This document shows positions 63,070 through 64,000 of a DNA stretch of 64,000 bases, piece after piece. The stretch covers positions 11,718,001-11,782,000 of the forward strand of contig OZ024758.1 of NCBI GenBank assembly GCA_964016885.1. The letters are read 5' to 3'. A program made the translations under genes and the position numbers. This stretch comes from Eledone cirrhosa (Eukaryota). Numbering within the stretch: position 1 is the stretch's first letter; each line of letters starts with the position of its first letter. The notes under the pieces were generated by a model, which did not search any database, was not told where the DNA came from, and was given only the letters and a program-made list of their open reading frames with translations.

Positions 63070-63201
63070 TAGTATAGTATTACTATTGAAAATATATAGT
63101 ATAGTATTACTATTGAAAATATATAGTATAGTATTACTATTGAAAATATATAGTATAGTATTACCGTTGAAAATATATAGTACAGTATTACTGTTGAAAA
63201 T
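63070..63201. repeat. 27-bp minisatellite, about 5 copies
   Basis: Unit TAGTATAGTATTACTATTGAAAATATA. Confidence 0.9.
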
Positions 63202-64000
63202 GTACACGAATATATAATTATATATATATATATACATATAATTAATTAAAAGTTGGTTAGAAGCGAAGCCAATGCAGACAGGCAGATATACAAACAAATA
63301 TTATAAGGGCGCGACGTTATAGCTATGTATCTATCTAAAAAGACAGACTAAGAAATATAGAGAACGCTAACCGGAAGTTATGACATTTGAAAATTTTAAA
63401 GAAGTGAATATTTAAATAAACAATAAAATATCTTTAATCTTTTAACTAAATTTAGTAGACAAAAATACCCTCACTTTCTTACTTGGTTATATTTATGGTG
63501 CAAATTTGGTGCTTTTTGGTCCAGCCGTTTGGCGAAAGGTTTGTTACATACATACGGCCGTCAGCTTTATAATATATATATATATGTGTGTTAAAACGTT
63601 CATTTCAAAAGCATATATTATTTACTAGGATAACTATTTGGTAAAGAAGTTTCTATATCCTTGGAAAAAAGAATTTTCTTTTTATTTATGAAGTTATTTT
63701 CACTATTTGGGGAAAATATTCATTTCTAAGTCAATGAAATAAAGATAATGTCTACTATATATGTCCTTTCTGAGATAAGTATACTCTTGTAAAAAAGAAC
63801 ATACCACACTGTGCAGCTTCTAGAACTAAACAACGTACATATACGGAGAGCCATATATTAAAAACAAAACATCTTTATATGTATATAGGAAATAAATTCA
63901 AAGAAATGTAAAAGATTGTGTGGCTAATGTAAAAAACAACACTGAAACGTAGAAAGAACTGTATAGATATCAAATATCAAAACGACAAATTCCATTTACT

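Overview
AT-rich, repeat-saturated eukaryotic intronic or intergenic DNA. The SINE families and very long (TA)n tracts suggest an octopus/cephalopod genome (inference). No intact protein-coding gene is supported, and nearly all ORFs in the track are microsatellite read-through. The window holds about 15 copies of a tRNA-derived SINE, other tRNA-headed SINEs, short LINE remnants (RTE-like, CRE-like) and a 1.4 kb TIR element with a TTAA-like target site. The main signal is a dense set of 50-800 bp non-coding islands embedded in (TA)n/(CA)n tracts, from roughly ten unrelated sequence families. Many islands carry a type I hammerhead ribozyme fold (stem I, CUGANGA, stem II, GAAA, short palindromic stem III, NUH) and are arranged as asymmetric foldbacks. 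Most also share a GAGTRCT motif 35-80 nt from their microsatellite-proximal end. This architecture fits pLTR remnants of microsatellite-targeting Penelope-like retroelements or retrozymes. All folds and coordinates were worked out by eye and none is computationally or experimentally verified.
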